Source of the DNA: a virus
Taxonomy: Duplodnaviria > Caudoviricetes
DNA: 64,000 nucleotides
Reading direction: 5' to 3' (one strand)
IMG/VR virus record: IMGVR_UViG_3300033067_000833
Location: 12,344-76,343 of that record
Shown here piece after piece: positions 43,639 through 53,577 of the stretch. The position numbers and the translations under genes are program-made. Below the pieces are notes generated by a model, which saw only the letters and a list, made by a program, of their open reading frames with translations, did no database searches and was not told the origin of the DNA. Positions within the stretch are counted from its first letter, which is position 1; each line of letters opens with the position of its first letter.

Positions 43639-45594
43639 TTACCCGCCGATGGACATCGAACCGATCGTGCTTGGATCGTACTGAACTCCCTGCGCTCCTG
43701 GAGATGTGATCGTCGCTCGCGGGTTTCCCGTGATCTGCTGCAGAATCTTGTTCTTCTCTTCGGTGCTCAGATGCGCAAACGATGGCGTGTTCAGCATCTG
43801 CACCAGCTGCTGACCAACTTGCGCAGGGTTCTGCGAGTAGTTGGCGGCGATCGCCTGGAGTTGCGGCATCGCCATTGGGTCAACCATGACGCCCGATGCC
43901 GATCCCGATCCGAACGGAACCGTCCCTTCCGGTGCTGACTGCGGTCCTGCTGTCGCTGCTGGCGCCGGAGTGGTAGCTGCCGGCAATGCGGGGCCGGCAC
44001 CGAACGCCGTGGTCAGCGACCGATCATATTCGTCCATGATCTGCTTTGCCCGGTTCTTCTCGGTGATCGTAGCCGCTGGGTTGTTCAGGATCGCCTGCGC
44101 TTCGGCGAGACGCGGCGTCCACCGCATCTGCAGCTGCTCACGAAGCTCACGGTCGGATTCGATCTGGCTTCGCCTTCCGAACTCATCCGCCGCCCGCCGC
44201 TGCCGGTTATCCTCGGACAGCCACTGCATGTTGCCCTGCATCATGGCCATCGCTCGCTCGGGGTCCATGCCTTGCCGGGCGAACGCTCGGATCAGCGCGC
44301 CTCGGTCCCCGAAGTATTGCCGGTCCCTGGCGAACTGCATCCGCTCCTCACGGGACTCGCCTCGGGCCTTGCCGCGGGCTTCGACGGCGGCTTGGCGGGC
44401 GGCCAGGGCGTCGCGGCGTTTCTGCATCTTGTCGAGGTCCGGGGCTTCGCCAGTCGTCATCTTGCGGTTCTTCCACGCCTCGGCAAACTGGCTCGGAGTG
44501 ACTTCGGTCTGGCCTTGCATCGGCCGGGAGACCAACTCCGGCTGCTGGCGCTCCGGCATCCCGCCCATCAGCATCGCCGGCAGCGCGCCACCTCCCGTCA
44601 TCAGCGGCGAACCGAAGCCGCCGCCGGTGGTCATGCCGGTGGACTGGATTCCGGCACCGATCCGCCGCGAGCCGAGCGACTGGTTGCTGGCCCGGCGACC
44701 GACTCCGGGGACCGTGACGTTCGACTGGCCGGCGTAGTAGGACTCACCGAAGCCTGGCTCACCGGGTCCGGCCGCCGGCACGCTGATGTCAGGACGCGAC
44801 GGGTTCTGGCCGCGGGCCGATTGAATCAGCCGCGAGATGGCGTCGAGTTCGGCCGGGCGAGCGAACTGGCCGGCGTCGGTCCCCGAGAAGTCGCCGCTGC
44901 GGAAGGCGTTGACCAATGCACCGCGTGAGTCAAGGTCTTCCTGTGTGGTCTGTAAACCGCCGCCACCGTTACGACTGAGCCTGCCTTGTGCGGCTGCGGC
45001 CCGCGCCGGTGTTCCGCCGGGGGCGAAGTTCACCGGGCCGTGAAAGGCTCGTTGGATCTCGGCTGGCGTCGCCGGGTTCTCGACGGTCGGTGAACGCATC
45101 GGAGGCACCACAGGCTGTCGCAGCGGCAGTGGTGCCCCAGACGCGTCGGCAGGACGGTTGATGCCGCGGACCTTCCCGGCGTACCCGTACTCCGCCAAGC
45201 GATCGCGCCCGATTCCAAGCGGAGCGAGTCGTCGATCCGCCGGCAGCGGTGGCGTGTTTGTCGCCATGTCTCGGAACGGAACATTGCGTCCGAAAAACGA
45301 GAACGTGTTTGCGGCTTGCTGCTGCCAGGGCGGGGCGGGAACTGGAGGTGCAATCGGAGCAATAGCCGGTGCGGTCATTGGCGCATCAAACCCGACGATT
45401 ACTGGAGCATCACGCTTTGGCATGTAATCTGGTTTACCGATCGTTCTGCTTGATGGAAGCAGTGGCTCAGGCGATCCCATCGACCACTGGTTCCAATCTC
45501 CAGGAACAACGTCAATGTCCGGGTCTCTTGGTTCCAAGTTAAGACGTTGCTTTGGAGCCATCGCCTGCCCAAACGGACTTTTCTTCTTCGCCAT
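43639..45594 (-). CDS. Putative internal virion protein, Pro/Gly/Gln-rich
   Basis: Low complexity, in the structural operon. Confidence 0.5.
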   Translation of the reverse strand: MAKKKSPFGQAMAPKQRLNLEPRDPDIDVVPGDWNQWSMGSPEPLLPSSRTIGKPDYMPKRDAPVIVGFDAPMTAPAIAPIAPPVPAPPWQQQAANTFSFFGRNVPFRDMATNTPPLPADRRLAPLGIGRDRLAEYGYAGKVRGINRPADASGAPLPLRQPVVPPMRSPTVENPATPAEIQRAFHGPVNFAPGGTPARAAAAQGRLSRNGGGGLQTTQEDLDSRGALVNAFRSGDFSGTDAGQFARPAELDAISRLIQSARGQNPSRPDISVPAAGPGEPGFGESYYAGQSNVTVPGVGRRASNQSLGSRRIGAGIQSTGMTTGGGFGSPLMTGGGALPAMLMGGMPERQQPELVSRPMQGQTEVTPSQFAEAWKNRKMTTGEAPDLDKMQKRRDALAARQAAVEARGKARGESREERMQFARDRQYFGDRGALIRAFARQGMDPERAMAMMQGNMQWLSEDNRQRRAADEFGRRSQIESDRELREQLQMRWTPRLAEAQAILNNPAATITEKNRAKQIMDEYDRSLTTAFGAGPALPAATTPAPAATAGPQSAPEGTVPFGSGSASGVMVDPMAMPQLQAIAANYSQNPAQVGQQLVQMLNTPSFAHLSTEEKNKILQQITGNPRATITSPGAQGVQYDPSTIGSMSIGG

Positions 45595-45624
45595 GATCTA
45601 ACTCCTTCGCCTAAATTGTACGCA

Positions 45625-46437
45625 TTACTCCAGAATCCTGGAAACTGCAGTTCGTAAAGCAGCCCGTTCGTGTTGCAGCAACTCCGCCGCAAGATCGTCC
45701 GGCAGATCGTACCACACGTTGGCGATCTCGTCCCGCTTCCGCCCGGCTTCGGACCCGATCACCCAAATCTTCAACGCCGTCGCATAATGGCCCATGACAT
45801 CCGCGATCGCTTTCGTGTTCGCTGTCGATCCGTACAGCACAAGCAGCTTGCACGTGGTGGCGTCAACCAGGAGCAGCAGGTCCGGCGCCCGGCCAGCCAT
45901 GACAGTGCATTCCATCTGCCCGTTCGGGATCGGAACCTGGTCCGGCCGCACGGTCTGGATCGGCAGGACGTGCAGCACGTCGCAGTGGCCCGTGTCCGGA
46001 TCGAATGTCCCGCGGACGCCAAGTCGCTTCAACTGCGCGATGTGGGCCGGCGGTTCGACACGCTTCGGGCACGTCCGGCAGACGACCACGTCACAGGAGC
46101 GAGGCTCCTCCCCGGCCAGCAACGGCATCGGCAGGAACGTCGGAAACCGCGAGTCGGCCGGAGATAGCTTCCGTCCGTCCGCCAGGATGATCTGGCCATC
46201 GCCCGGCTGGTTCGGGAGTCGCGGAGTGCAATAGCCGGACGCGATCGTCGAACACTCGTACACCTCGGGCTGGTTCGAGCAGTTGCAGCGGATCTTGCCA
46301 ACGGCTCCCCAGGAACGGTGCGTGCATTGAACGTCGGGTTCCGGAGTGGACTTCGGCAGTGATGGCTGGTCGATCAGGGTTCCGTTGGCTCGGGCCTGGT
46401 TGCGTTCACGGGCGGTGAGTGGTCGTTGTTCTGTCAT
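45625..46437 (-). CDS. Hypothetical protein with Cys clusters
   Basis: CTH..CNC..C..C, CDVVVCRTC. Confidence 0.55.
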   Translation of the reverse strand: MTEQRPLTARERNQARANGTLIDQPSLPKSTPEPDVQCTHRSWGAVGKIRCNCSNQPEVYECSTIASGYCTPRLPNQPGDGQIILADGRKLSPADSRFPTFLPMPLLAGEEPRSCDVVVCRTCPKRVEPPAHIAQLKRLGVRGTFDPDTGHCDVLHVLPIQTVRPDQVPIPNGQMECTVMAGRAPDLLLLVDATTCKLLVLYGSTANTKAIADVMGHYATALKIWVIGSEAGRKRDEIANVWYDLPDDLAAELLQHERAALRTAVSRILE

Positions 46438-46919
46438 GGGTCAATCACAAACGTAATTGGTGCAGGGTAGGTGTCACAACAGGTGCATCCGCTGTCATCG
46501 GTGATCTGATTCTCGAATTCAAGATGCAATGGCGGATAGGTTTGAACCGTGGCGTCAGTTGTGTTTGAAGTGATCGTACATGGCGTCGAACCTGAAACCT
46601 GAGTGACGGTCAGTTGATACCGTCCTGTTTCTCCATCGCACGTCAATTCCAACACGACTGACAGGCATTCGGCAAGCCAGATCGCATCCTCTCCTGACCA
46701 CCAGTTGTCGCCAAGGCCCAGCGAGCGATCAATCAACGTGATTTCCTGTTGGTCGAAGTCGCAGCCGGGGGCGTTGACAACGCAGGTCAAGTCCCCAGTG
46801 ATTTCCTGGCACCCCGTCGGCGGAGGAGGTTCCTCGCAGCAGCACGCCGGCGCGGCCGGGCCGAGCGTCAGCTTTCCGTTTGTGAGCAGCAGCTTGCCTT
46901 TCCATGTCACCAGCGACAT
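46434..46919 (-). CDS. Small Cys-rich structural protein (CCC motif)
   Basis: MSLVTWKGKLLLTNGKL...ACCCEEPPPP. Confidence 0.6.
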   Translation of the reverse strand: MSLVTWKGKLLLTNGKLTLGPAAPACCCEEPPPPTGCQEITGDLTCVVNAPGCDFDQQEITLIDRSLGLGDNWWSGEDAIWLAECLSVVLELTCDGETGRYQLTVTQVSGSTPCTITSNTTDATVQTYPPLHLEFENQITDDSGCTCCDTYPAPITFVIDP

Positions 46920-46921
46920 CG

Positions 46922-48679
46922 TCACGCCCCCGAAGGTGTTGCGGAAGCGGACGACGCCTCGCACGGAGCGCACTCGCACTCTGCAGGCGACTGGGCCGCC
47001 CCAACTTCCTTGCATAGACCCCAGATCGCGCCCTTGTCCCAGTCGAACGCCGGGCACGGGTCGCAGCTGAACGCGACTTCGGTGGCCATTTCAATCCGCT
47101 CAAAGTTGACAAAATCATTGTCCGCTGACTCAGCACACCCGATGAAGCACACTCGCGACTTGAACGCTTGAAGTCCGCACTGCTCAAATACGTTGTCATC
47201 ATCCTCATCACGAGAATATGGGCCAAACCCTGTCAGCATGTAGCCCTCGACAGTCGGAAGTGGCTTGTTGCCCTTGGGTGAACTGCCATCCGAGCACATG
47301 ACGCACGCCTTGCCGTACTGGATCGACGGAGAACACCCGGACGAGCACGACAGGTCAACCTCTTTGACGAAGTCCACCATCTCCCCGGCGATCGCCTGCT
47401 CGCGGTTGGTCTGGCCGCATTGCTCGCACTGTTGCACGACCACGTCCGACATGGTCTTTTCTTTGTCGATGCCGCAATCGCCTTCCGAGCAACCCATATC
47501 AAGCATCACCTTTCCGATGCGGTGGTACGTCGGCTGCAGCAAGTCCCAGCCGCACGATTCGTCGTTCCACACTGCGTACACGGGCAGGCCGGCGCAGTTA
47601 TAGATGCCCATCGGATTCTTGGCGATTTTGGGTTGCTCCCTCGGCAGCCAATCGGTCACGTCGATGTACTCGATCGACTCGATCTCCATCTCGGCGCCGC
47701 ACACTTGGCCTCCGATGATCTTGGCGATCAAAGCGCGCGGCCCGGGGTCGATCCAGCCATAGCACTCGGGCGGCGTCCCGGTCCCGCACTCGCCAGGCTG
47801 GATGTGCAGCGTTACGTCTTCGTTGGCATCGCAACCGACCTTTCTTTTGGCGCCATTGCAGACGCGAATCTCGCAGTCGGTCTCCTCCATGTAGCACGGG
47901 TTGGCAGCGGACGGCTTGAGGATCGTGGCATTGCCGCAGGCATCCGGAGGAATCGGTTCTTTGATCCGGACGCGACGGGTCAGCCCGTAGGGAAACGACG
48001 GCCGGTAGCACGCCTGGCCATAATTGCTTCCGCTGGTCTCGCAGCTGTTCGTCCGCTCGACCTTGAAGCACTCCCCGGGCACGGCCAGCAGCCACTTGTT
48101 GCAGTCGCACACCTTGATCCGGTCGGCGTTCGGGTCGTCCTCCCAGCATCGCTGGGCGCCGTTCCATCGCTGCGGGATGGCGATGCCGTCCATGTCTCCG
48201 GGCAGGATGCACTCGTATGCCTTGACCATCAGTTCGGTGTTGCAGTCCTCCCACCGCTTCACACGCATCGTCACGGTGCCGGAGTCGTAGTCCCCGATGA
48301 TCAAATATCCACAGTAGCCTTCCTCCAAAAAGAATGATCCGCTTTTGACGCCCACAACGGTCCCTGTCTGGTAGCTGGCGTTCGCCACCAGTGCCAGCAT
48401 CGGGTCGTCCATCGTACCAACGCGGCCGTACTGGTACATAGGAATCTCGCACGGCCCGTTTATCACCGTGGCGCATGGGTTGTCTCTAGTGGCTCGGCGC
48501 ACGTACAGCACCGTCCGACCGTCGCCGGGCGTGTAATTACTGCCTTGCTCGGGACGCTCGGAACCCGGGGACACAATCTCCAGCGCTGCAAACGGAGGAA
48601 TCGTCTCAGCGCTGGCATTGTAGAGTTCGATCCAGCGTTGCTGGCGATGCGGGCTTCTCGTGTCTTGCGGCAACGTCAT
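46922..48679 (-). CDS. Cys-rich tail/baseplate protein
   Basis: LYNASAETIPPFAALEI N-terminus; roughly 38 Cys. Confidence 0.55.
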   Translation of the reverse strand: MTLPQDTRSPHRQQRWIELYNASAETIPPFAALEIVSPGSERPEQGSNYTPGDGRTVLYVRRATRDNPCATVINGPCEIPMYQYGRVGTMDDPMLALVANASYQTGTVVGVKSGSFFLEEGYCGYLIIGDYDSGTVTMRVKRWEDCNTELMVKAYECILPGDMDGIAIPQRWNGAQRCWEDDPNADRIKVCDCNKWLLAVPGECFKVERTNSCETSGSNYGQACYRPSFPYGLTRRVRIKEPIPPDACGNATILKPSAANPCYMEETDCEIRVCNGAKRKVGCDANEDVTLHIQPGECGTGTPPECYGWIDPGPRALIAKIIGGQVCGAEMEIESIEYIDVTDWLPREQPKIAKNPMGIYNCAGLPVYAVWNDESCGWDLLQPTYHRIGKVMLDMGCSEGDCGIDKEKTMSDVVVQQCEQCGQTNREQAIAGEMVDFVKEVDLSCSSGCSPSIQYGKACVMCSDGSSPKGNKPLPTVEGYMLTGFGPYSRDEDDDNVFEQCGLQAFKSRVCFIGCAESADNDFVNFERIEMATEVAFSCDPCPAFDWDKGAIWGLCKEVGAAQSPAECECAPCEASSASATPSGA

Positions 48680-50148
48680 GTCCGGGCCTCAAAATGTTGA
48701 CTGACTCGTGTTTGTGGAACCTGCCCGCGGCCGAGACGGTATACGACTTGGGCCAGCTTCCCGTTCAATTCCACCCGCTGGAGTCCGGCCAAGCTCAAGT
48801 GCCGACGCTCACGGATGGCATCGAAGTGGTCCTTCCATGCGTCAAGGTACACTTCCGCCTCCTCGTGCAAAGCGTCGCGGTTGTCCTGCTCGGCGGACAG
48901 CTGGCAGTTGTAGTACCCCAGCGTTCGCGCTCGCCACAAGTACGGGATCTCCAAGACCCACTCGCCCGTGCCGTAGTCGCGCTCGATCTCGATGGTTTCG
49001 TGAATCCACTCGCGTCGTTCGTAGTGGCGAACGTGGAATCCGGTGTGGAGTTTCAGGTCGGCCGGATGGATACATGCACCCATCTGGAAAATCGGGTACT
49101 CGAAGCGGATCAGCCGGTTATGCCGGTCGATCGTGAAGTCGCAGCCGACGTTGGGGCAGTCGTTGACGTTGTACGGGTGGTCGCCCCACGGGTAGTATGT
49201 CCCGGTGACGTAGGCCGGCGGCGGCTCGACGGATCCAAACGTGACGCGGTGCGTGTCCAGGTCCAAGTCATCAAGGTCGGCCAAGTACACCGACTCGCTG
49301 AACGGGATGTTCTGCGGAGCCACGACCTGATAGCAGCGGAACACGGACTCGAAGGCCCGCATGCGATTGAACTGGGACACGCCCGAGAACAGTGTCGGCC
49401 ATTCGTGCTCCCAGCCCGTGGACGGCTTGTAGGACAGCTGGTTGATCGGCTTGTACTTGCCATCGGTGTCGATCCCAACGGCTTGCAACTGCAGGGCCGC
49501 ACCGAACCATGTCTTGTTGCACTTCACCTTGAGCTTCTTGGGTCCGCCTTCGACCGTGGCAAGGAAGTCGGGAATGATCGCCGGCCACGCAGTGGACATC
49601 CCGTCGCCCTGGTCGGTTGTGCGGATACTGTAGTGGTCGTGAATATCGCGACAAACGTGACCAGGGAGGAACTTCAGCAACTCGTTGATCGCCTGGTCGC
49701 TTGGGGTGTTGCTCCAGTCAATATCCGGGTAGGTCTGCGGCAGGCTAGACGACAGGCCGGACTCCTCGACGGACGCCATCGCCAAGGCAGCGATGTACTC
49801 CGCGTTCAGTTTCGTGCTTCCGTCGATCGAGTTGTCGCGAAATCGCCGGTTGTACCGCCCGGAGATTTGGTAGCCGGGCCACGTCGCCCTGCGGTCTTGC
49901 AGAGTGACAACCCACTCCCGCTTGCCGTCGCGGTGCTCGGTGCGCAGCGTGGAGAGGTCCGGGACGCACTCACGAAACGTGACCTGGCCGTCGTCGCTCG
50001 CAAACACCAGATCGCCAGGATCGACGATGAGGTTGCTGTCGTGCGGGATCCGGATGCGAAACGTGCCGGCCGACGTTCCCCGCCGCAGCCGCGCGTCGAG
50101 GCTGATCACCGGGATGTTCTGGAATGTGCAAGTCACGGCAAATGGCAT
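48676..50148 (-). CDS. Tail/baseplate hub-like protein
   Basis: Beta-rich, in the tail operon; GGAGG RBS. Confidence 0.55.
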   Translation of the reverse strand: MPFAVTCTFQNIPVISLDARLRRGTSAGTFRIRIPHDSNLIVDPGDLVFASDDGQVTFRECVPDLSTLRTEHRDGKREWVVTLQDRRATWPGYQISGRYNRRFRDNSIDGSTKLNAEYIAALAMASVEESGLSSSLPQTYPDIDWSNTPSDQAINELLKFLPGHVCRDIHDHYSIRTTDQGDGMSTAWPAIIPDFLATVEGGPKKLKVKCNKTWFGAALQLQAVGIDTDGKYKPINQLSYKPSTGWEHEWPTLFSGVSQFNRMRAFESVFRCYQVVAPQNIPFSESVYLADLDDLDLDTHRVTFGSVEPPPAYVTGTYYPWGDHPYNVNDCPNVGCDFTIDRHNRLIRFEYPIFQMGACIHPADLKLHTGFHVRHYERREWIHETIEIERDYGTGEWVLEIPYLWRARTLGYYNCQLSAEQDNRDALHEEAEVYLDAWKDHFDAIRERRHLSLAGLQRVELNGKLAQVVYRLGRGQVPQTRVSQHFEART

Positions 50149-50212
50149 TGAATTACCTCCCGTGACGATATAAAATGCGAAACGCCACGGCAGTTGTCGC
50201 TGCCGGGCGTCT
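50148..50212 (+). promoter_or_regulatory. Promoter TTGAAT-N17-TAAAAT plus hairpin leader of the HNH gene
   Basis: Same leader design as 25683-25742. Confidence 0.55.
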
Positions 50213-50240
50213 CTCGCAATCTGACAAGGAAGGTGTCGTC

Positions 50241-50888
50241 ATGCGTAAAATCATTCTGACCGCCGGGAAGTCGTTTGGCAAGTGGACCGTTTTGGAAGAT
50301 GCAACCAGCAGCAGTCCATCGCAATCCGGCCAGTACCGATGTGAATGCGAATGTGGAACTATCCGAATTGTTTCCTCCTATTCGCTCCGCAAGGGATTGT
50401 CGCTTTCGTGTGGATGCGACATGATCGGAAACACGCAGCACGGACTTTGTTACCACCCACTGTTTCGAGTTTGGGGAGGAATGAAAGATCGGTGCTACTA
50501 CGAAGGGTGCTGTAGTTTCAAGTATTACGGTGCCAGAGGCATTACCGTGTGCGACGAATGGAAGAACGATTTCAAGGCGTTCTACGACTGGGCGATTGGA
50601 AACGGATACATCAAGGGATTGACAATTGAACGCAAAAATCGACATGGAAATTACGAGCCGTCCAATTGCTGCTGGGCAACCATGAAAGTTCAGAATAGAA
50701 ATTGCAGTCGAAACCATCTCGTTACCTACCAGGGAAGGACGATGCCGCTTGTAAGCTGGTGTGACGAGCTGCATCTAAGCTATTCTGTCGTCAATCAGCG
50801 ACTTACTAAACTTAACTGGACTCCAAAGGAAGCGTTTCAAACCCCAGTCCGAAAGATGCGAATCGCAAAACGTACTGACGTTACCTAG
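50241..50888 (+). CDS. HNH-type homing endonuclease, antisense within the tail module
   Basis: FGKWTV, CECECG, SCGC, WGGMKDRC, YGARGITVC.EW, TIER...GNYEPSNCCWAT...N. Confidence 0.9.
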   Translation: MRKIILTAGKSFGKWTVLEDATSSSPSQSGQYRCECECGTIRIVSSYSLRKGLSLSCGCDMIGNTQHGLCYHPLFRVWGGMKDRCYYEGCCSFKYYGARGITVCDEWKNDFKAFYDWAIGNGYIKGLTIERKNRHGNYEPSNCCWATMKVQNRNCSRNHLVTYQGRTMPLVSWCDELHLSYSVVNQRLTKLNWTPKEAFQTPVRKMRIAKRTDVT

Positions 50889-51715
50889 GAACCGAGTGGC
50901 GTTCCCCACGGAAGAATTGGCGTTTGCGTTCCACGAGGAATGTAATAGCTGTTTACATAAAGTGGCTGGTTGTACTGAGGAACGATTATTTGAGCGCCTG
51001 CCGATGGAATTTCAAACTCGAAGTGCCACTCTAGGGCGTGATAAAGCCAACTGTAACCGTAATGGAGCGGGCTTACGGGACGGATGACTCGCTTGTCTCG
51101 GTGCTCGTAGGTTGGGTCTAGGATCATTGGCGTCGGGACTGCTCCGTCAACGTACCATCCATGAAACCCGACAGAGTGACCTTCCTGAATGATCGTCACA
51201 TTTGAGTCGTCCCAGATCGTGTACCGTCGCGGTACACCGTTAATGACCCGTTGTGATCTCCATGCTTGCGATCCTCCGATGTTGGATATGCTTTCCTGAT
51301 ACTCGATGATCTCGTTCTCGCACGCTTCGTATAGCTGCTCCAGCGTGATCACGTAATCCCGCTGGATCACCATCTGTTCCATCTGGTTCGTCGGGAGTTC
51401 TACGGCGCAGACTCGCGGGCCGCGGATGCTGTTCTCGTTGTTCGGGTCAAGGACGTGGCGGGTGGCTTGCCCGTTCTCGTCGAGGATCACGAACAGCCGT
51501 TCATTGACGCTGTACGCCTCGTTCATGGCGTCGATTTTGTTCTTGAGCGTGCCCCAGTCGCATGCCTGCAGCTGGATGTACAGGGTGCAGCGCTTGAGCA
51601 CCGTGTCGCGCCAGCCGCGCCGGGTGTGGTTGGGAAGCTCCTCCCACTTCATGTCCACGACTTCGCCGGGCTCATGGGTGTAGTCGCCGTAGACGTATCG
51701 GATCAGCTGTGGCAT
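50885..51715 (-). CDS. Tail-associated structural protein
   Basis: In the tail operon. Confidence 0.55.
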   Translation of the reverse strand: MPQLIRYVYGDYTHEPGEVVDMKWEELPNHTRRGWRDTVLKRCTLYIQLQACDWGTLKNKIDAMNEAYSVNERLFVILDENGQATRHVLDPNNENSIRGPRVCAVELPTNQMEQMVIQRDYVITLEQLYEACENEIIEYQESISNIGGSQAWRSQRVINGVPRRYTIWDDSNVTIIQEGHSVGFHGWYVDGAVPTPMILDPTYEHRDKRVIRPVSPLHYGYSWLYHALEWHFEFEIPSAGAQIIVPQYNQPLYVNSYYIPRGTQTPILPWGTPLGS

Positions 51716-51718
51716 GGG

Positions 51719-52744
51719 TTACTCCTGGGCCTCGTATGGGCCACGGAACGCTCTTGACAATGCGCCGCCTCCTGCGAGTCCAACGGGGAGCACGGACTTC
51801 ATCCAGTACCGCTTGGTCGAGTCAGCTGACCGGCGTGCTTTGGCAAGGCGTGCAGTCCACTCCGCTTCATCTCCGGCCGCTGGGGCGAGTTGCCGCAGGA
51901 TCGCTTCGGCTTGCGGCGTGGTAGCGTCCTGGATGCCGGCTTCGCGCAAGGCGTTCACGGCAGTCCGCTTTTGGTCCGCGTTCCAGATGCCAAGTTGTTC
52001 GAGGAAGTCGCCTTCGTGCTGCTGGATTGGAGACGGCATCGCAGAGGCAGCCGTTTCTGCTGCGGCTACTGGAGTCTCCTTGCCCGCCGTCGAGAGCAGT
52101 CCCTTCAACCTCGCCACTTCCTCGGGCGTCTTGGCATCGGCAATCCGCTGCATGATCTTCGCGTCCTCGACAGCGTTGAACTCGGCGACTTGGCGTTTCC
52201 AGCCGGTCAGTTTCTTCGCGCCTTTGCCGGCAGCCATAGCCAGCGGGGCGAGCATCAACCCGGTACCGAGGACGTTCTTCAGCGTCGATCCTTCCTCGTT
52301 GTCACCAAGCAGGTATGCCCCAGCCACCGGGGACGCGATCGACATGGCGACAGCGGGCCGCGCTGCGCCGGCCATTGCCTGTCGCATCGGTGACGCTACC
52401 GCCTGCCCAGCCTTGGCCGCCGCTGATCCACCGCGAAACGCTTTGCTCAGCGCGCCCACGCCGAGCCATGACATTGGGTCGGTTGCGAGTTCAGTAAGCA
52501 CGCCTCCTGCGAGTCCAATGCCACCAGGGCGAACTTCGTTTCCGACTTCCTGCGCTCCTACAAGCCTGCGAAGCGTGTTGCCAATTCGGCGATTAACCTC
52601 GTAACCGTACAATCGGTTTTTGTCTGACCACGGGGCCATCAGCTGATCGAACGGGTTTTCGCCACCGAGCGTGTCGCGCACCATCGAGCCCGGCACGTCC
52701 AGCGTGTTCCCGATGCCGCTCAAAATGTCAAGCAGGATACTCAT
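51719..52744 (-). CDS. Virion protein sharing its N-terminal domain with the 1223-aa protein
   Basis: GNTLDVPGSMVRDTLGGENPFDQ and LATDPMSW. Confidence 0.6.
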   Translation of the reverse strand: MSILLDILSGIGNTLDVPGSMVRDTLGGENPFDQLMAPWSDKNRLYGYEVNRRIGNTLRRLVGAQEVGNEVRPGGIGLAGGVLTELATDPMSWLGVGALSKAFRGGSAAAKAGQAVASPMRQAMAGAARPAVAMSIASPVAGAYLLGDNEEGSTLKNVLGTGLMLAPLAMAAGKGAKKLTGWKRQVAEFNAVEDAKIMQRIADAKTPEEVARLKGLLSTAGKETPVAAAETAASAMPSPIQQHEGDFLEQLGIWNADQKRTAVNALREAGIQDATTPQAEAILRQLAPAAGDEAEWTARLAKARRSADSTKRYWMKSVLPVGLAGGGALSRAFRGPYEAQE

Positions 52745-52749
52745 GTCCG

Positions 52750-53574
52750 TTACTCCTGACAGAACGCCTCGCGCCAGCACTCCAATTCCTCGATCCGCCG
52801 GGTCGCGTCTTGAACGAGGCCAGCGATCACTTCCATCTGCCGGGCGACTGCGGCGTCGAACGTCGCCTGGATCTGCCCGAAGGTCTGCTGCTGGGGCTGC
52901 TGGTTGACCGGCCCCCGCGTCAACCGCTCCGGGCTGTCCTTCCAGTCCGGTGGCTGCGGTATCTGGGTATTCGTATCCGGTTTCGGTGTATAGGGCGGCG
53001 GGAGCGGAGGAGTTGGTGGTCGCGGCAGGTCGGGCTGCGGAGACGGTGCTTGCGGCTCCTGTGGCTTCGTCTGACGCACGTTCTGCGGTCCAAGCTGTTC
53101 CTGGGCCATCCTTGCTCTGCGCTCGTTAGCGAACGCCGTAGCGGCCAGCAACGGGTCTTGCATCGGAGGCAGATCAATGTCCACGCCGGCCTGATTCAGG
53201 ATAGTTTGATCCTGTTCTGACTGCTGACGGGCTTGCCGTCGTTTCTGGATCTGGACGATTTCCTGCCGACGGGCGGCCGGGCTCTGCCCTTCTGTCGGTT
53301 TGCCCCAAGCGTAAGGATCGAAGTCCGGCAAGGACTGCTCGCCTTGGACCGCCTGGCGAGCCGCAGAGGCCATCTGGGACGCTTCGGTCGCTTCCTGGCG
53401 GGCAATCTCCGGCCCGGCCGGCGTGATGGCGCCAGCCATGCGCAGATCGCCGTAGCGGGCCTGTTCGTTGGCCGGAGACCCCTGGACCTGTTGCAGCTGC
53501 TGCTGCAGCGTCTGGAGTTGTACCTCCAGAATCTGCATTCGCTGCAGCAGTTCGGACATGCTTTGCTGGGCCAT
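52750..53574 (-). CDS. Gln/Pro-rich hypothetical protein
   Basis: Follows the tail tube. Confidence 0.55.
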   Translation of the reverse strand: MAQQSMSELLQRMQILEVQLQTLQQQLQQVQGSPANEQARYGDLRMAGAITPAGPEIARQEATEASQMASAARQAVQGEQSLPDFDPYAWGKPTEGQSPAARRQEIVQIQKRRQARQQSEQDQTILNQAGVDIDLPPMQDPLLAATAFANERRARMAQEQLGPQNVRQTKPQEPQAPSPQPDLPRPPTPPLPPPYTPKPDTNTQIPQPPDWKDSPERLTRGPVNQQPQQQTFGQIQATFDAAVARQMEVIAGLVQDATRRIEELECWREAFCQE

Positions 53575-53577
53575 GCG

